Part shown: positions 50,962 through 61,165 of the stretch, piece by piece | How positions within the stretch are numbered: position 1 is the first letter of the stretch | Layout: each line of letters starts with the position of its first letter | Origin: Cenarchaeum sp. | GTDB lineage: Archaea; Thermoproteota; Nitrososphaeria; Nitrososphaerales; Nitrosopumilaceae | Assembly (NCBI GenBank): GCA_965212015.1 | Contig: OZ243037.1 | Location: 1 to 64,000 of the forward strand | Length of the DNA stretch: 64,000 nucleotides | Direction of reading: 5' to 3' | The notes under the pieces: model-generated | Told to the model about the DNA's origin: nothing | The model's input: only the letters and a program-made list of their open reading frames with translations | Databases searched by the model: none | Program-made: the position numbers and the translations under genes

Positions 50962-51501
50962 TTGCAGGACATAGCCGGCGCAGTATCCGGATGCACAAAA
51001 TGCAGGCTGTGCGAATCGCGCACCAATGCAGTACCAGGAAAGGGCGGCGCGGCATCAAGGATAGTGTTTGTCGGCGAGGCGCCGGGAAGAAGCGAGGATC
51101 TGCGCGGGGAGCCGTTTGTCGGCGCCGCAGGCAAGAGGCTCACCGAGGCCCTCGAGTGCGCGGGAATATCGAGGGAATCCGTATACATTACAAACATTGT
51201 AAAGTGCCGCCCCCCCGGCAACAGGGTCCCTACTGCAGGCGAGGAGGAGAGCTGCTCGGCGTACCTGGAATCGGAAATCTCACTTGTCGACCCGAGAATA
51301 ATATGCGTAATGGGAAACACCGCCTTCAAGTCGCTGCTAGACGGCGACGGCATAACCCGGCACCGCGGCACGCTGGTGAAAAAAGACGGGCGGGACTATT
51401 TTGTCACGATACACCCTGCTGCCACGATATACAACCGGGACCTGTTTCCCGTCCTCAAACAGGACATGATAAAGCTCGCAGGACTGGCGTCGCTGCCGTG
51501 A
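50962..51501 (+). CDS. udg: family 4 uracil-DNA glycosylase (start approximate)
   Basis: C..C.L Fe-S ligands, VGEAPG..E...G.PFVG.AG, TNIVKCRPP.NR.P, HPA. Confidence 0.93.
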   Translation: MQDIAGAVSGCTKCRLCESRTNAVPGKGGAASRIVFVGEAPGRSEDLRGEPFVGAAGKRLTEALECAGISRESVYITNIVKCRPPGNRVPTAGEEESCSAYLESEISLVDPRIICVMGNTAFKSLLDGDGITRHRGTLVKKDGRDYFVTIHPAATIYNRDLFPVLKQDMIKLAGLASLP

Positions 51502-52055
51502 CGCCGCTTCCAGAGTCGTTTTACAGTAGGGGCACTATTACAGTGGCAAGGGACCTGCTGGGAAAGACCCTGGTCCGAAGGCTCGGGGACGCTACGCTTA
51601 CCGGGATAATCACAGAGACTGAGGCGTACGGATACTCTGATGATCCGGCAAGCCACGCCTTTGGGGGAATGACGCAAAGAAACAGGGCGATGTTTGGCGC
51701 GGTGGGCAGGTCGTACGTCTATTTTACATACGGCATGCACTATTGCGCCAACATTGTGGCCAGGGGCAAAAGATCCTCTGCCGGCGCGGTGCTGATTCGC
51801 GCCATGGCGCCGCAAGACGGCCTCGCGCGCATGATGAAAAACAGGAAAAAAAACACAACAGACAACCTGACTGACGGCCCGGCAAAGATAACGCAGGCGC
51901 TGCAGATATCAAAGAAACAGTACGGCCTTGACCTTACAAAACCAGGAGAGCTGTTCGTAGCAGACGGGATGCGCAGGACGCAGATTGTCTCCTCGCCGAG
52001 AGTCGGCATCAAAAGGGGCGTACAAAAGCGGTGGAATTTCAAGATGACGGCATAA
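51498..52055 (+). CDS. mpg: 3-methyladenine DNA glycosylase (MPG/AAG family)
   Basis: ARDLLGK, ETEAY, DPASHA, YVYFTYGMHYC.N, AVLIRA, GPAK, PRVGI; GTG overlaps the udg stop. Confidence 0.95.
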   Translation: MTPLPESFYSRGTITVARDLLGKTLVRRLGDATLTGIITETEAYGYSDDPASHAFGGMTQRNRAMFGAVGRSYVYFTYGMHYCANIVARGKRSSAGAVLIRAMAPQDGLARMMKNRKKNTTDNLTDGPAKITQALQISKKQYGLDLTKPGELFVADGMRRTQIVSSPRVGIKRGVQKRWNFKMTA

Positions 52056-52688
52056 TTATTTGGGATCGTCATCCAGCGTCCACGGCGCGGCCCTGCCGAG
52101 TATCTTTTCCCAGTCCAGCCTGAGCATCAGTATTACTACTGCCGTAAGCATTACGCCAAAGGCCACTATGCCGATGTATATCGGAGTAGTGTCCTCAATG
52201 TCCTCAAGAAAGGGATCAATCAGCGACAGGCCCAAAAAGTGCGAGACGAGCACTATCACATAGTGCAGGATTAGCTTGCCGCTCAGCGTGGCCACAAAAA
52301 AGCGCCTGGGGTCGTATTTTGCCAGCCCCAGCGGGACGTACACCAGGTCGTCGGGAATCGGGGTGGCCGCCGCCACAAAGGCGGCGCCTGCGCCGTACCG
52401 CTTTACCAGCCTCTGAAACGGCATCATTCTCTGGCGCGATTTTTTGCCTATTATCCTTCTTCCCTGATAGCTTGCGTAAAAGATGATCTGCTTTGCCACG
52501 GTGGCCAGCAGCGCAGAGGAGACGGCCAGTATGTGTATGTCAAACTGGTCGCCCACTGCCATCGTGGCCAGCAGCAAAAACGAGGGAACCGGAACAAACG
52601 GTATGAGGGAGCCAAAAAAGCTCACCAGCCCCAGCCCCAGATATCCCACCTCCGGGGCAAAGGGAAACAGATCCGTAAAATCCAACAA
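52056..52688 (-). CDS. VTT/DedA (SNARE-associated) membrane protein
   Basis: P(F)VPVP, AATPIPDD...PLGL..Y..RFF.A...GK. Confidence 0.85.
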   Translation of the reverse strand: MLDFTDLFPFAPEVGYLGLGLVSFFGSLIPFVPVPSFLLLATMAVGDQFDIHILAVSSALLATVAKQIIFYASYQGRRIIGKKSRQRMMPFQRLVKRYGAGAAFVAAATPIPDDLVYVPLGLAKYDPRRFFVATLSGKLILHYVIVLVSHFLGLSLIDPFLEDIEDTTPIYIGIVAFGVMLTAVVILMLRLDWEKILGRAAPWTLDDDPK

Positions 52689-52776
52689 TTATTTTACTGG
52701 CCGGCATTATTTAACTAAACCCCGAGGCCGGGCCTTGTAATCATTAAAATATCAAGGCCGCCTGACGTAGCGTGTC

Positions 52777-53148
52777 TTGGTGCAGAAATTCCGCGATGTG
52801 GGGGACAGGATTGCAAAAATCAGCCCGTACATCAGGTTCGTCGGAATAGTGGGCGGCAGCGGGGATCTCTTGTCGTATTACAGGCGCTCCAACCTCAAGC
52901 CCATGCTCAACGCAAAGGACACGCAGTACCAGTTCTCAAACATTGCAATCAGGACGGATCTAGAGTCCTTTTTTGACAAGAGCCTGGGGCCGATCGAGTT
53001 TGTATGGGAGGAGCGCAAAAAGGTGCAGATAATCTCCTTTGCCATAGGCAAGATGAGAATCTGGATATCCATCGACAAAAAGGTGATAAGAAGCGAGGTG
53101 CTGCGGATTATTGATGCGTGTCTTTTGATAGTGCGGAACTATTCATAG
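52777..53148 (+). CDS. roadblock/longin-like thaumarchaeal protein
   Basis: IRFVGIV...G; FDKSLG.I.FV..ER.KV; paralog of 13809. Confidence 0.7.
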   Translation: MVQKFRDVGDRIAKISPYIRFVGIVGGSGDLLSYYRRSNLKPMLNAKDTQYQFSNIAIRTDLESFFDKSLGPIEFVWEERKKVQIISFAIGKMRIWISIDKKVIRSEVLRIIDACLLIVRNYS

Positions 53149-54065
53149 AGCCAGCATTTGGCGTATCCGGAATCTGTCCTGACTGCCGGCGGGTCGCGCC
53201 TGCATTTTTCCATCGCCTCCGGACACCTGTCCAAAAAGCCGCACCCCGTTGCGCGGCGCGCCAGACTCGGCGGGCTGCCCCTGATGTATCTTGGCTTTTT
53301 GCCGCCAATGGTCGGTATGGACTCTAGCAGCGCCTGCGTATACGGGTGCCGGGGATTGTTGTATATCTCAGAGGCCGCCCCAAACTCCACCATCTGCCCG
53401 CCGTACATTATTCCAATCTTGTCGGCAATCTCTGAGAGTATGGCAAGATCATGCGTGATCAGGACAAAGGACATTCCCTCCTTTTTTAGCCTTTTGAGCA
53501 GGTTTATGATCTGGGCCTGGATTAGGACGTCTAGCGCGGTAGTCGGCTCGTCTGCAATGACTAGCGCCGGCTTTAGCAGCAGCGCCATGGCAATTACCGC
53601 CCTCTGCTTCATCCCGCCGCTGAGCTCGTGGGGGAACTTTGAGTGTATGTCTTTGTCCAGTCCGACTGCTGCCAGCCCGCCGGCGATGTGTTTTTTATAG
53701 TCGCCCCCAAAGCCGTGCCGGCTTAGAATCTCTGCGAACTGCTCGCCTATGGTGAACACGGGATCCAGGGAGCTCATGGCGCCCTGAAAGATCATCGAGA
53801 CTTTGCTCCACCGCACGCCCTCGTCGTACGACTTTTCATCCATCCCGAGTATCGACTCGCCGTCCAGCATAATAGTCCCCGAGACCCTTCCCTGTACCAT
53901 GCGCATAATCGACAGGCCAAGCGTGCTCTTGCCGCACGCGCTCTCGCCGGCAATGCCCAGCGACTCGCCTTTTTTGAGTGAAAACTCTACTCCCTGCAGG
54001 GCGTGAATCTCTTCGCCGGCAGAGTCATACACGGCATCAAGATTCCTCACGTCCAAAAACCCCAT
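53139..54065 (-). CDS. oligopeptide/dipeptide ABC transporter ATP-binding subunit
   Basis: GESACGKST, FPHELSGGMKQR, ADEPTTALDV, HPYT..L, C.F..RC; ATG at 54065. Confidence 0.93.
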   Translation of the reverse strand: MGFLDVRNLDAVYDSAGEEIHALQGVEFSLKKGESLGIAGESACGKSTLGLSIMRMVQGRVSGTIMLDGESILGMDEKSYDEGVRWSKVSMIFQGAMSSLDPVFTIGEQFAEILSRHGFGGDYKKHIAGGLAAVGLDKDIHSKFPHELSGGMKQRAVIAMALLLKPALVIADEPTTALDVLIQAQIINLLKRLKKEGMSFVLITHDLAILSEIADKIGIMYGGQMVEFGAASEIYNNPRHPYTQALLESIPTIGGKKPRYIRGSPPSLARRATGCGFLDRCPEAMEKCRRDPPAVRTDSGYAKCWLYE

Positions 54066-54328
54066 GCCGTACCGTACATTGCTCCAAATTTTAGTCTTGT
54101 ATGCGGGGCGGCGTTGTCCACTAATTCCAGATTCTGACACCATACATGGTACATTATGAGGCATCAAGCCCCCGCCCGATTCTGGCCCGAAGGGCATGCT
54201 GGTAGCAGGTTCGCGCAAATACGCTCACCGCATGCCGTATTCCACACATATATGGAGCACTGACCTACAGAGTTGCACAAAACCTTGACACTGAAAACCG
54301 GCACAAGCAAAACGGGGGGAAACTAGCC

Positions 54329-55612
54329 ACGGCCTTTGGCAGGACACACGACATTGGGGATCTGGGCCCGGACATGATAGGACAAGACGCGGCCCTCGGC
54401 GGCTGGGTCGAGGACCTGCGCAGGCTGGGCAAGATGACGTTTCTTACCCTCCGGGACGCTACTGGAATAATACAGGTCGTACTAAAGGGGGATTTGAACG
54501 AAAAAGCAGGCGACATAAACAGGCAGAGCATTGTGGTGACAAGCGGGACAGTCCAGGAGACAAAGGCAAGGGACTTTGACTTTGAGCTAAAGGCAAGCGA
54601 GGTGCGGGTTTTGGCCAGGGCTGTCCACCCGCTGCCAATAGATCCCATCGGCCGCATGGAGAGCAGCATAGACAACAGGCTCAACTCGCGCGCCCTTGAC
54701 ATGCGAAACCAGAGGATTGCGTCGCTCTTCAAGCTGCGCCACCACGTGCTCTCGTCGCTCCGCGGGGGGCTGGCCGGCAGAAAGTTCATAGAGATTACGA
54801 CTCCAAAGATAATTGGCAGCGCCAGCGAGGGGGGCGCGAACCTCTTTTCGCTGGATTACTTTGGCAAGACGGCATACCTGGCCCAGAGCCCGCAGCTCTA
54901 CAAGGAGCAGATGACCATCGGACTGGAGAGGGTATACGAGATATCCAACTTTTACCGTGCCGAAAAGTCCCACACCGGAAGGCACCTCAGCGAGTTTACC
55001 TCAGTTGACATTGAGGCTGCGTTTCTGGACTATACCGATGTGATGGACATACTCGAGTCGCTAATAGTGCAGGTCTATTCCCACGTCTCCGGATGCCGGG
55101 CGGAGCTTGATGCCATGGGGCGCACACTTGAGATTCCAGACGCGCCATTTGAGCGAGTCACATACTCGCAGATAATAGACGAGCTCAATGCGGCGGGCGA
55201 AAAGATCGAGTACGGCGACGACCTGCTTGACTCGCACCTGAGGACGGTGGGGAAGGGCCGCCCCGGGTTTTACTTTCTGACTGACTGGCCCATACAGCTA
55301 AAGCCGTTTTACATTATGGAAAAAAAAGGCGACGGGTCGCCGTCGCGCTCCTTTGACTTGCAGTTCGGATACCTCGAGCTGTCCTCGGGCGGAACGCGGC
55401 TGCACGATCCGCAGGAGCTAAAGTCGCGCCTAAAGGGGCAGGGCCTTGATCCGGCGCAGTTTCAGGACCACCTGCGGGCATTTGAGTGGGGAATGCCGCC
55501 GCACTCGGGATGGGGCATGGGACTCGACAGGCTGATGAGCGTCATTGCCGGAGTCGGCAATGTCAGGGAGACTGTCCTGTATCCGCGCGATCCCGACAGG
55601 CTGTCGCCCTGA
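54329..55612 (+). CDS. aspS: aspartyl-tRNA synthetase (archaeal, probably non-discriminating)
   Basis: OB-fold, EGGA.LF, YLAQSPQLYK, YRAE...RHL.EF, GMPPH.GWG.G.DR, YPRD; homologous N-terminus extends to ACG 54329 (first ATG at 54374). Confidence 0.95.
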   Translation, partial: TAFGRTHDIGDLGPDMIGQDAALGGWVEDLRRLGKMTFLTLRDATGIIQVVLKGDLNEKAGDINRQSIVVTSGTVQETKARDFDFELKASEVRVLARAVHPLPIDPIGRMESSIDNRLNSRALDMRNQRIASLFKLRHHVLSSLRGGLAGRKFIEITTPKIIGSASEGGANLFSLDYFGKTAYLAQSPQLYKEQMTIGLERVYEISNFYRAEKSHTGRHLSEFTSVDIEAAFLDYTDVMDILESLIVQVYSHVSGCRAELDAMGRTLEIPDAPFERVTYSQIIDELNAAGEKIEYGDDLLDSHLRTVGKGRPGFYFLTDWPIQLKPFYIMEKKGDGSPSRSFDLQFGYLELSSGGTRLHDPQELKSRLKGQGLDPAQFQDHLRAFEWGMPPHSGWGMGLDRLMSVIAGVGNVRETVLYPRDPDRLSP

Positions 55613-55619
55613 GCATGCG

Positions 55620-56633
55620 CTACAGCCTTGAGACTAGCTCGTCTGTAAACTCTGTGGTGGTCCTATCCCCGCCGATGTCCTTTGTCCTGATTCCGTCACT
55701 TACCGCCCCGTATACGGCCTTGCCGATGGCGGAGCCTGCCTGCCGGCACTGCTCGTCGTTATTTTTCTGTGCGAGCCATTCTAGCATCATGCCTGCCGAG
55801 AGGACAAACGACGACGGGTTTGCAATCTGCCTTCCTGCAATGTCAAACGCCGCGCCGTGCACCGGCTCAAAGAGCGCAAAGTCATCGCCCACGTTGGCTG
55901 CCGGCGCCATGCCGAGGCCGCCGGCCACCTGCGATGACTCGTCAGATAGAATGTCCCCGAACAGATTCGTAGTCACTATAACGTCAAAGGACTGCGGCTG
56001 CCTTATCAGGTTCATGGCGCACGCATCGACGTACATCTGCTCCAGGCTGACTGCGGGAAACTCTCTTGAGACCCTGGCGCACGCATCTGCAAAGAGCCCG
56101 TCGGTGAGCCGCATTACGTTGGACTTGTGCACGCACGTGACTTTGTTCTTGCCGCCCCTTTCTGCGGCAATCTCAAATGCGCGCCTTGCAATCCTCTCTG
56201 AGGCCCTTTTGGATATTATCCGCAGTGCGACTGCCGAGTCGCCTGCGGTAAACTCTTTTCCAGAATAGAGGTCTTCTGTGTTCTCGCGGACGATTACCAT
56301 GTCAATGTCATCACGCAGCGCAGGCATGTGGGGGTATGATTTTGCGGGGCGTATGTTTGCATAAAGATCAAGTGTCCTTCTCAGCACCACGATTACGTCT
56401 GCGGCAGACTCGCCCACCGGCGCCTTGAGGCACGCATCGGAATTTTTTATGGCCTTTAGCGTCTCGTCGGGCAGCGCCGCTCCCGTATCGCGCAGCGCCG
56501 CATCGCCTGCGGCAAGCTCCCTGAGTGACAGCTTTACGCCGCACCTGTCGCCTGCCGCCTCTAGCACCGCGCTTGCCGATTCAGAGATCTCCGGGCCTAT
56601 TCCGTCGCCGGTGATTAGCGCGATATCGTACAT
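55620..56633 (-). CDS. leuB: 3-isopropylmalate/isocitrate-family dehydrogenase
   Basis: GDGIGPE, LDLYANIRP, RENTE, VHKSNV, NLFGDILSD, FEPVHG. Confidence 0.85.
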   Translation of the reverse strand: MYDIALITGDGIGPEISESASAVLEAAGDRCGVKLSLRELAAGDAALRDTGAALPDETLKAIKNSDACLKAPVGESAADVIVVLRRTLDLYANIRPAKSYPHMPALRDDIDMVIVRENTEDLYSGKEFTAGDSAVALRIISKRASERIARRAFEIAAERGGKNKVTCVHKSNVMRLTDGLFADACARVSREFPAVSLEQMYVDACAMNLIRQPQSFDVIVTTNLFGDILSDESSQVAGGLGMAPAANVGDDFALFEPVHGAAFDIAGRQIANPSSFVLSAGMMLEWLAQKNNDEQCRQAGSAIGKAVYGAVSDGIRTKDIGGDRTTTEFTDELVSRL

Positions 56634-56732
56634 TTTGTCTCCACACTTGGCAGCCCGCCGAGGATTTTAAAGATTAGTTTTGGCGGTTCTGCGGCACAAT
56701 CCGGGGCTGGGGCGAAATCACGCGCGCCGGTA

Positions 56733-58817
56733 TTACGGCGTGGTCCTGCCACCGAGCTTGATCGAGTTAATCTCCTTCAGGCCGTCTATGGCGTTCATCT
56801 TTAGGTATTCTGCAGATGCGGTATACAGCACGTCTCCGATATAAAACGTCCTCCCCTCTGACCACGTGTACCGCCCGGGATTTTCAGTATGATCAATCCT
56901 TTTTTCAAGGCCGAATCCGTCTGTCTCGTCTAGTCCGAACACATAGAATCCGTGCCAGAAACCGCCGTCAAACTTTGCCGCACCGGGGTACCCTCCTGCC
57001 CCGGGGCCGCTGACGGGAATCGAAAGGATGTTTATTGCCTTTTCAAAAAAGAACGCCTTGTGGTTGTGTAGCGACTCTGATCCCGTGCTGCTGCGCCCTA
57101 TTACCACCTCGTCTGCCGTAATCGGGCTGCTGACATTTGCAACATTAAACAGCGCCATCTTGACTCCCAGCTGCTGAGTCCTGCCGTTTACCTCCGTTGC
57201 GTCCCTGCCGATTCCGATAACGTGATCCTCGTCATACGGGTGCAGATAGTTTGAAAACCCGGGAATCTTTAGCTCGCCTAGGACCCTCGGGGTGTCCCCT
57301 GAGAGGTCGATTACAAAGAACGGATCGATTACCTGAAACGTCACCAGATACAGCCGGTCGCCGATGAACCTGGCAGAATAAATGCTCTCGCCGGGCGCTA
57401 TCCCGTCTAGTCCGCCGACTATTCCCATCTTTTCGTCTAGCACAAAGACTGCGTTTGCACGCCCCGCATCGCCGTCTGGCGTGTAATAAGAGGTTGTAGT
57501 TGCGACCCTCAGCCGATCCCCGCTCTGATCCATCGAGAACTGGTTGAGGAGCCTTCCCGGGACTGTGCCCTTTGCGGCGTGCCTTATCTCGCCTTCGTCT
57601 ATTGATATCCTGTGAATTACGGTCTTCGTCGCGCCTGCCTGCGTCTTTCTGTCGTATTCTGCCACGCCGTCGGAGATTTTTTCAAGCAGCATCTCTTTTT
57701 GGTCCTCCGTCATGCCGTCGTATGTTTTTTGCAGCAGCCCCGAAATCCTGGACCACTGTGAGGATTCGCCTGACTCATCGGAGTGGATCTCATTGATCCT
57801 GCCCTGGAGTTGGCCTGGCAGCGACGGCACTATCCCGTCAAAGAACCTGTTGCGCGACGCCTCTTCATAAGTCCCGTATTCCGGACTTTGCCGGTATGTT
57901 AGATACACGCTGTCCTCTGAGACATACAGCGTCCCGGCATGCCCCATCAGGAACGACTTGGAGTTTATCGCGCCGCCGAATATGTCAATTGCAGTAAGCG
58001 TGTTGAACACTGAGGGCCTGTCTGCATTGTCAAAATAAAACGCCTCAGGCGCCATGATCGGCGAGCCGTTCTCCAAAATCACCGGCAATTTTGGATCCTG
58101 ATAGTTGACATAGTCGTGGGTGACGACATATGCGTAATCCCCGATCATTCGCGCATCGCTGAAATGGCCGCCAATCGAATAGTCCCTGAGGATGCGCGGA
58201 CTGTTCCTGTCTGCCACGTCGATGACCTGCACGTGTGTGACCGGCTCATAGTGATCCCTTGGAACAAAGCCGTGCCGCGGAATTACCTGGCTTTGTGTGT
58301 GGTCGTTGTAAAATATCACCAGCCTGTCGCCGTTTAGAAACATGTGGTGCGGATTGACGTCCAGGGTAATACTGTGGATTATCCTTGCAGTTTCCGCCGG
58401 ATACGCATCGATAATCGTAAGCGCATCCTCCGAGACGATATAGACGTACTTTGAGTCGTTCTTGATATAGTCAGACTCGTCAATGCCTGCAACCTGTACG
58501 TTTGTAGTGGAATATGCCTTTCCGCCTGCTATTATGTCGCCAAACACCGCAGTACCAGAAGCTGATCCGCGCAGACCCGGCGCCGACAGTACTATTTCGT
58601 GGTTCCACCGCTCAGACGTCGCTATCGCATTGAGAATCCCCCCCAGCTCCTTTTGGGACGATATGCTCTTGATGTCCTGCGTTCCCGTGAAATACCCCGA
58701 ATCCGCAGCTCCGGCACTGCCTGCCTCCCGTCCGTCAAAACCGATCAGGGACATCGCCCCGGCAGTGGCCGCAATTGAGGCCACTATCGCAATCAGGACA
58801 GTTGCGCTTGAATTCAT
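56733..58817 (-). CDS. secreted beta-propeller domain protein
   Basis: Signal/anchor; YSTTNVQVAGIDE.D..K.D, G.LLNQFSMD, GE.IYSARF, YLVTF..IDP, GELKIPGFSNYLHP. Confidence 0.9.
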   Translation of the reverse strand: MNSSATVLIAIVASIAATAGAMSLIGFDGREAGSAGAADSGYFTGTQDIKSISSQKELGGILNAIATSERWNHEIVLSAPGLRGSASGTAVFGDIIAGGKAYSTTNVQVAGIDESDYIKNDSKYVYIVSEDALTIIDAYPAETARIIHSITLDVNPHHMFLNGDRLVIFYNDHTQSQVIPRHGFVPRDHYEPVTHVQVIDVADRNSPRILRDYSIGGHFSDARMIGDYAYVVTHDYVNYQDPKLPVILENGSPIMAPEAFYFDNADRPSVFNTLTAIDIFGGAINSKSFLMGHAGTLYVSEDSVYLTYRQSPEYGTYEEASRNRFFDGIVPSLPGQLQGRINEIHSDESGESSQWSRISGLLQKTYDGMTEDQKEMLLEKISDGVAEYDRKTQAGATKTVIHRISIDEGEIRHAAKGTVPGRLLNQFSMDQSGDRLRVATTTSYYTPDGDAGRANAVFVLDEKMGIVGGLDGIAPGESIYSARFIGDRLYLVTFQVIDPFFVIDLSGDTPRVLGELKIPGFSNYLHPYDEDHVIGIGRDATEVNGRTQQLGVKMALFNVANVSSPITADEVVIGRSSTGSESLHNHKAFFFEKAINILSIPVSGPGAGGYPGAAKFDGGFWHGFYVFGLDETDGFGLEKRIDHTENPGRYTWSEGRTFYIGDVLYTASAEYLKMNAIDGLKEINSIKLGGRTTP

Positions 58818-58847
58818 CTGACGGTTTGACCCGATGTTCGTATTTAG

Positions 58848-59207
58848 TTATTTTGCAGCCGCATTGTGGTCCTGTGTCCGGCCGCCTGCGGGGCGCATTA
58901 TCTTGCGGTACGTGTGGCCGCACAGGTTGCACGTTATGCGAACCGACCTGACCTGCGACCTGCCGACTCTGATCCTCGAGCCGATGCCCGGCGCCATGAA
59001 TTTCTTGCATTTCTTGCAAAACGTCATCCTGATATCATAGGGCATGCCGATCTTGTGCCTGGTGCTGATTCTGCGGGCCGCCCGCGCCTGGCTTTGTGCT
59101 AGTTCCGGATCGGTCCTTGCGTTGGATACTGCGCAGTCAATCAGTATGCGCATCCTTTCTAGCGCAATTTTTTTTTGGGCCGGCCTCATGGTTATAGTTG
59201 CAGGCAT
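58848..59207 (-). CDS. rnp4: ribonuclease P protein component 4 (Rpp21)
   Basis: IA.ER..IL, A.RIS.R, FCKKC...PG...RIR, TC..CG..R. Confidence 0.9.
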   Translation of the reverse strand: MPATITMRPAQKKIALERMRILIDCAVSNARTDPELAQSQARAARRISTRHKIGMPYDIRMTFCKKCKKFMAPGIGSRIRVGRSQVRSVRITCNLCGHTYRKIMRPAGGRTQDHNAAAK

Positions 59208-59274
59208 GCCCTAAAAATCTTGATCCATTTCGGTCTCGGGCATGGCGGTTCCGGAATGCACCGCCGGCCAAAAA

Positions 59275-59347
59275 TGCGGTCACCGGGATTTGAACCCGGG
59301 TAACGGGCTTGGAAGGCCAGCGTACTACCAGGCTATACTATGACCGC
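59275..59347 (-). tRNA. tRNA-Gly(TCC)
   Basis: Reverse complement folds as a cloverleaf GCGGTCA...CTTCCAA...CCGGG-TTCAAAT-CCCGG-TGACCGC-A. Confidence 0.95.
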
Positions 59348-59436
59348 ATAAATGAGCAGACTCTGCTGCCTACATAAAAATGGTTTATTCGCACCGCGGG
59401 GATTTCATCTGATCCGCCCGGAACGCGCATCCGGCC

Positions 59437-60540
59437 CTACGGGGATCTCTTTTTTATCTGGCCGGCAAACTCGGCCCAGCTTGCCTTGGCTGTGCCGTCG
59501 ACTTTGATCATGCCGGCGCTGCAGATATAGTCGCCCAGCCTCTGGATTACAAACGTGCTGTTGCCAAGCGTGACTCTGTCCTCGATGTCTGACTCGTCAA
59601 TCATGCACGTGCCCTCCGGCCTGTCATAAAGCCTGTACCACGTCAGAAACTCCACATCCTGCGCGTTTTGATCATAATAGTCGTACAGCTCGCCGATGAA
59701 TCCTGCCTGATCCCCGTCGCCGCCGCCGATGCGCCCCGACGTGCTCCATCCCGCCTCGAGTATTGCTATCCTTTTGCCCGGCACAATCTCTGCTATGGCC
59801 TCCAGGTCCTGCCTTGCCTGCCCGGGGGTCTTGTCTATCTCGTATAACGTGTTGGTGGGCAGGTATGTAAAGGCGACAAAGTCGCCAAACGCAAGCTGCC
59901 TTATCGTGTCTGCCAAATTCTTGTTGAGCGCATTGTGGAGCTCAAAAGAGTTTCCAATCTTTACGTCCGGATGCCTCTCCTTTACCTCACCGTACACCTC
60001 GCCGAAGAGCTCCTCGTACACCGGTATGTCGCCCTGCTGGTACCTGAAATGCTCGTCTGTTCCGGCTGCAATCACCACATAGTCTATTGCGTCATACCTG
60101 GCAAGTATTGTGTCCAGCACGTCTGCCAGCGGGCCGCCTGGAATGGACTTTATGCTGGGGTTTCCAATCCAGTCGGGAAACGGCCCCAGTGTCTTGCCGT
60201 TGATCACCGACAGGTAAAGCGTGACTTTCATCCCGTACTTTTCGTTGAGCTCAACTAGCCTGTCGTACTGCCCCCAGTCGTATCTGTCGCGCTCCGGCTC
60301 GATAATGTCCCAAAACATGTACACATTGCTGCGCCCGACCCCGCTTGAGGCCGCCTTTTGGTAAATCCCGTCTAGCTCCTGCAGCGTAATTTCTGACTTT
60401 GGCGCATTGACTACCAGTCCCAGCTTTTCATTCTGTACTGTTTCCTGCGTGCCGGCAAGCAGGCCGTATGCCGCAATCATTCCGGCCGCGGCGGCAAGTG
60501 CAATAATCACAATCCTTGCGTTCACAAACCTAGCCCGCAC
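59437..60540 (-). CDS. membrane-anchored glycoside-hydrolase-like (TIM barrel) protein
   Basis: N-terminal TM; W..IEP....YDW...D..V, P.VKIG, IAILEAGWS clan-A-like pattern. Confidence 0.7.
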   Translation of the reverse strand: MRARFVNARIVIIALAAAAGMIAAYGLLAGTQETVQNEKLGLVVNAPKSEITLQELDGIYQKAASSGVGRSNVYMFWDIIEPERDRYDWGQYDRLVELNEKYGMKVTLYLSVINGKTLGPFPDWIGNPSIKSIPGGPLADVLDTILARYDAIDYVVIAAGTDEHFRYQQGDIPVYEELFGEVYGEVKERHPDVKIGNSFELHNALNKNLADTIRQLAFGDFVAFTYLPTNTLYEIDKTPGQARQDLEAIAEIVPGKRIAILEAGWSTSGRIGGGDGDQAGFIGELYDYYDQNAQDVEFLTWYRLYDRPEGTCMIDESDIEDRVTLGNSTFVIQRLGDYICSAGMIKVDGTAKASWAEFAGQIKKRSP

Positions 60541-60709
60541 GCAGGACTAAAAAGTATTGGCAGCAGGCTGCCGTTCCGGTCTGCGGGATTTTGTGCCGGC
60601 GCCGTCATATACGATCCAATTCTCCCAATTTTTATGGTTTTTCCTGAAATTAAAATACAAAATAGGCGCGAAACCTACGTTTATTAATATAAGGACGCCC
60701 CTCAAACCG

Positions 60710-61165
60710 ATGTACCGGTTCGACGAGCTAGACATGCGGCTGTTATACGAGCTCATGCGGGACGGCTCGATATCTGTCCCCGTCCTCTCAAAGAGCTTGG
60801 ATGTCAATGCGTCCGTGCTGTACAGCAGGATAAAGAGGCTCGTAAAAAAGAGGCTCATCAAAAAATTCACAATAGAGATCGACGACTCGCTACTGGGAAT
60901 CGGCGTCAAGGCGTATGTTGGAATCAACCGGGATCCAAAGTTCAAGGATGCCATTCAAAGGTCGCTGATAAAGACGACGGCAGTTGCGTCCATCTCGGAG
61001 GTGACGGGAAGATTCGACCTGATGATAAGGGTTTTTGCCAAGAACCTCGAGGAGCTGCACTCTGTGGTGATTGAAAAAATCGGCAAGATAGAGGGGATTC
61101 AAAACACAGAGACGCTAGTCGAGCTGCAAAAGACGGACAAGGATCCCGTATACCTGACGCAGTAG
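60710..61165 (+). CDS. Lrp/AsnC family transcriptional regulator
   Basis: DELD..LL..L..DG HTH; EVTGRFD; ATG at 60710. Confidence 0.92.
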   Translation: MYRFDELDMRLLYELMRDGSISVPVLSKSLDVNASVLYSRIKRLVKKRLIKKFTIEIDDSLLGIGVKAYVGINRDPKFKDAIQRSLIKTTAVASISEVTGRFDLMIRVFAKNLEELHSVVIEKIGKIEGIQNTETLVELQKTDKDPVYLTQ

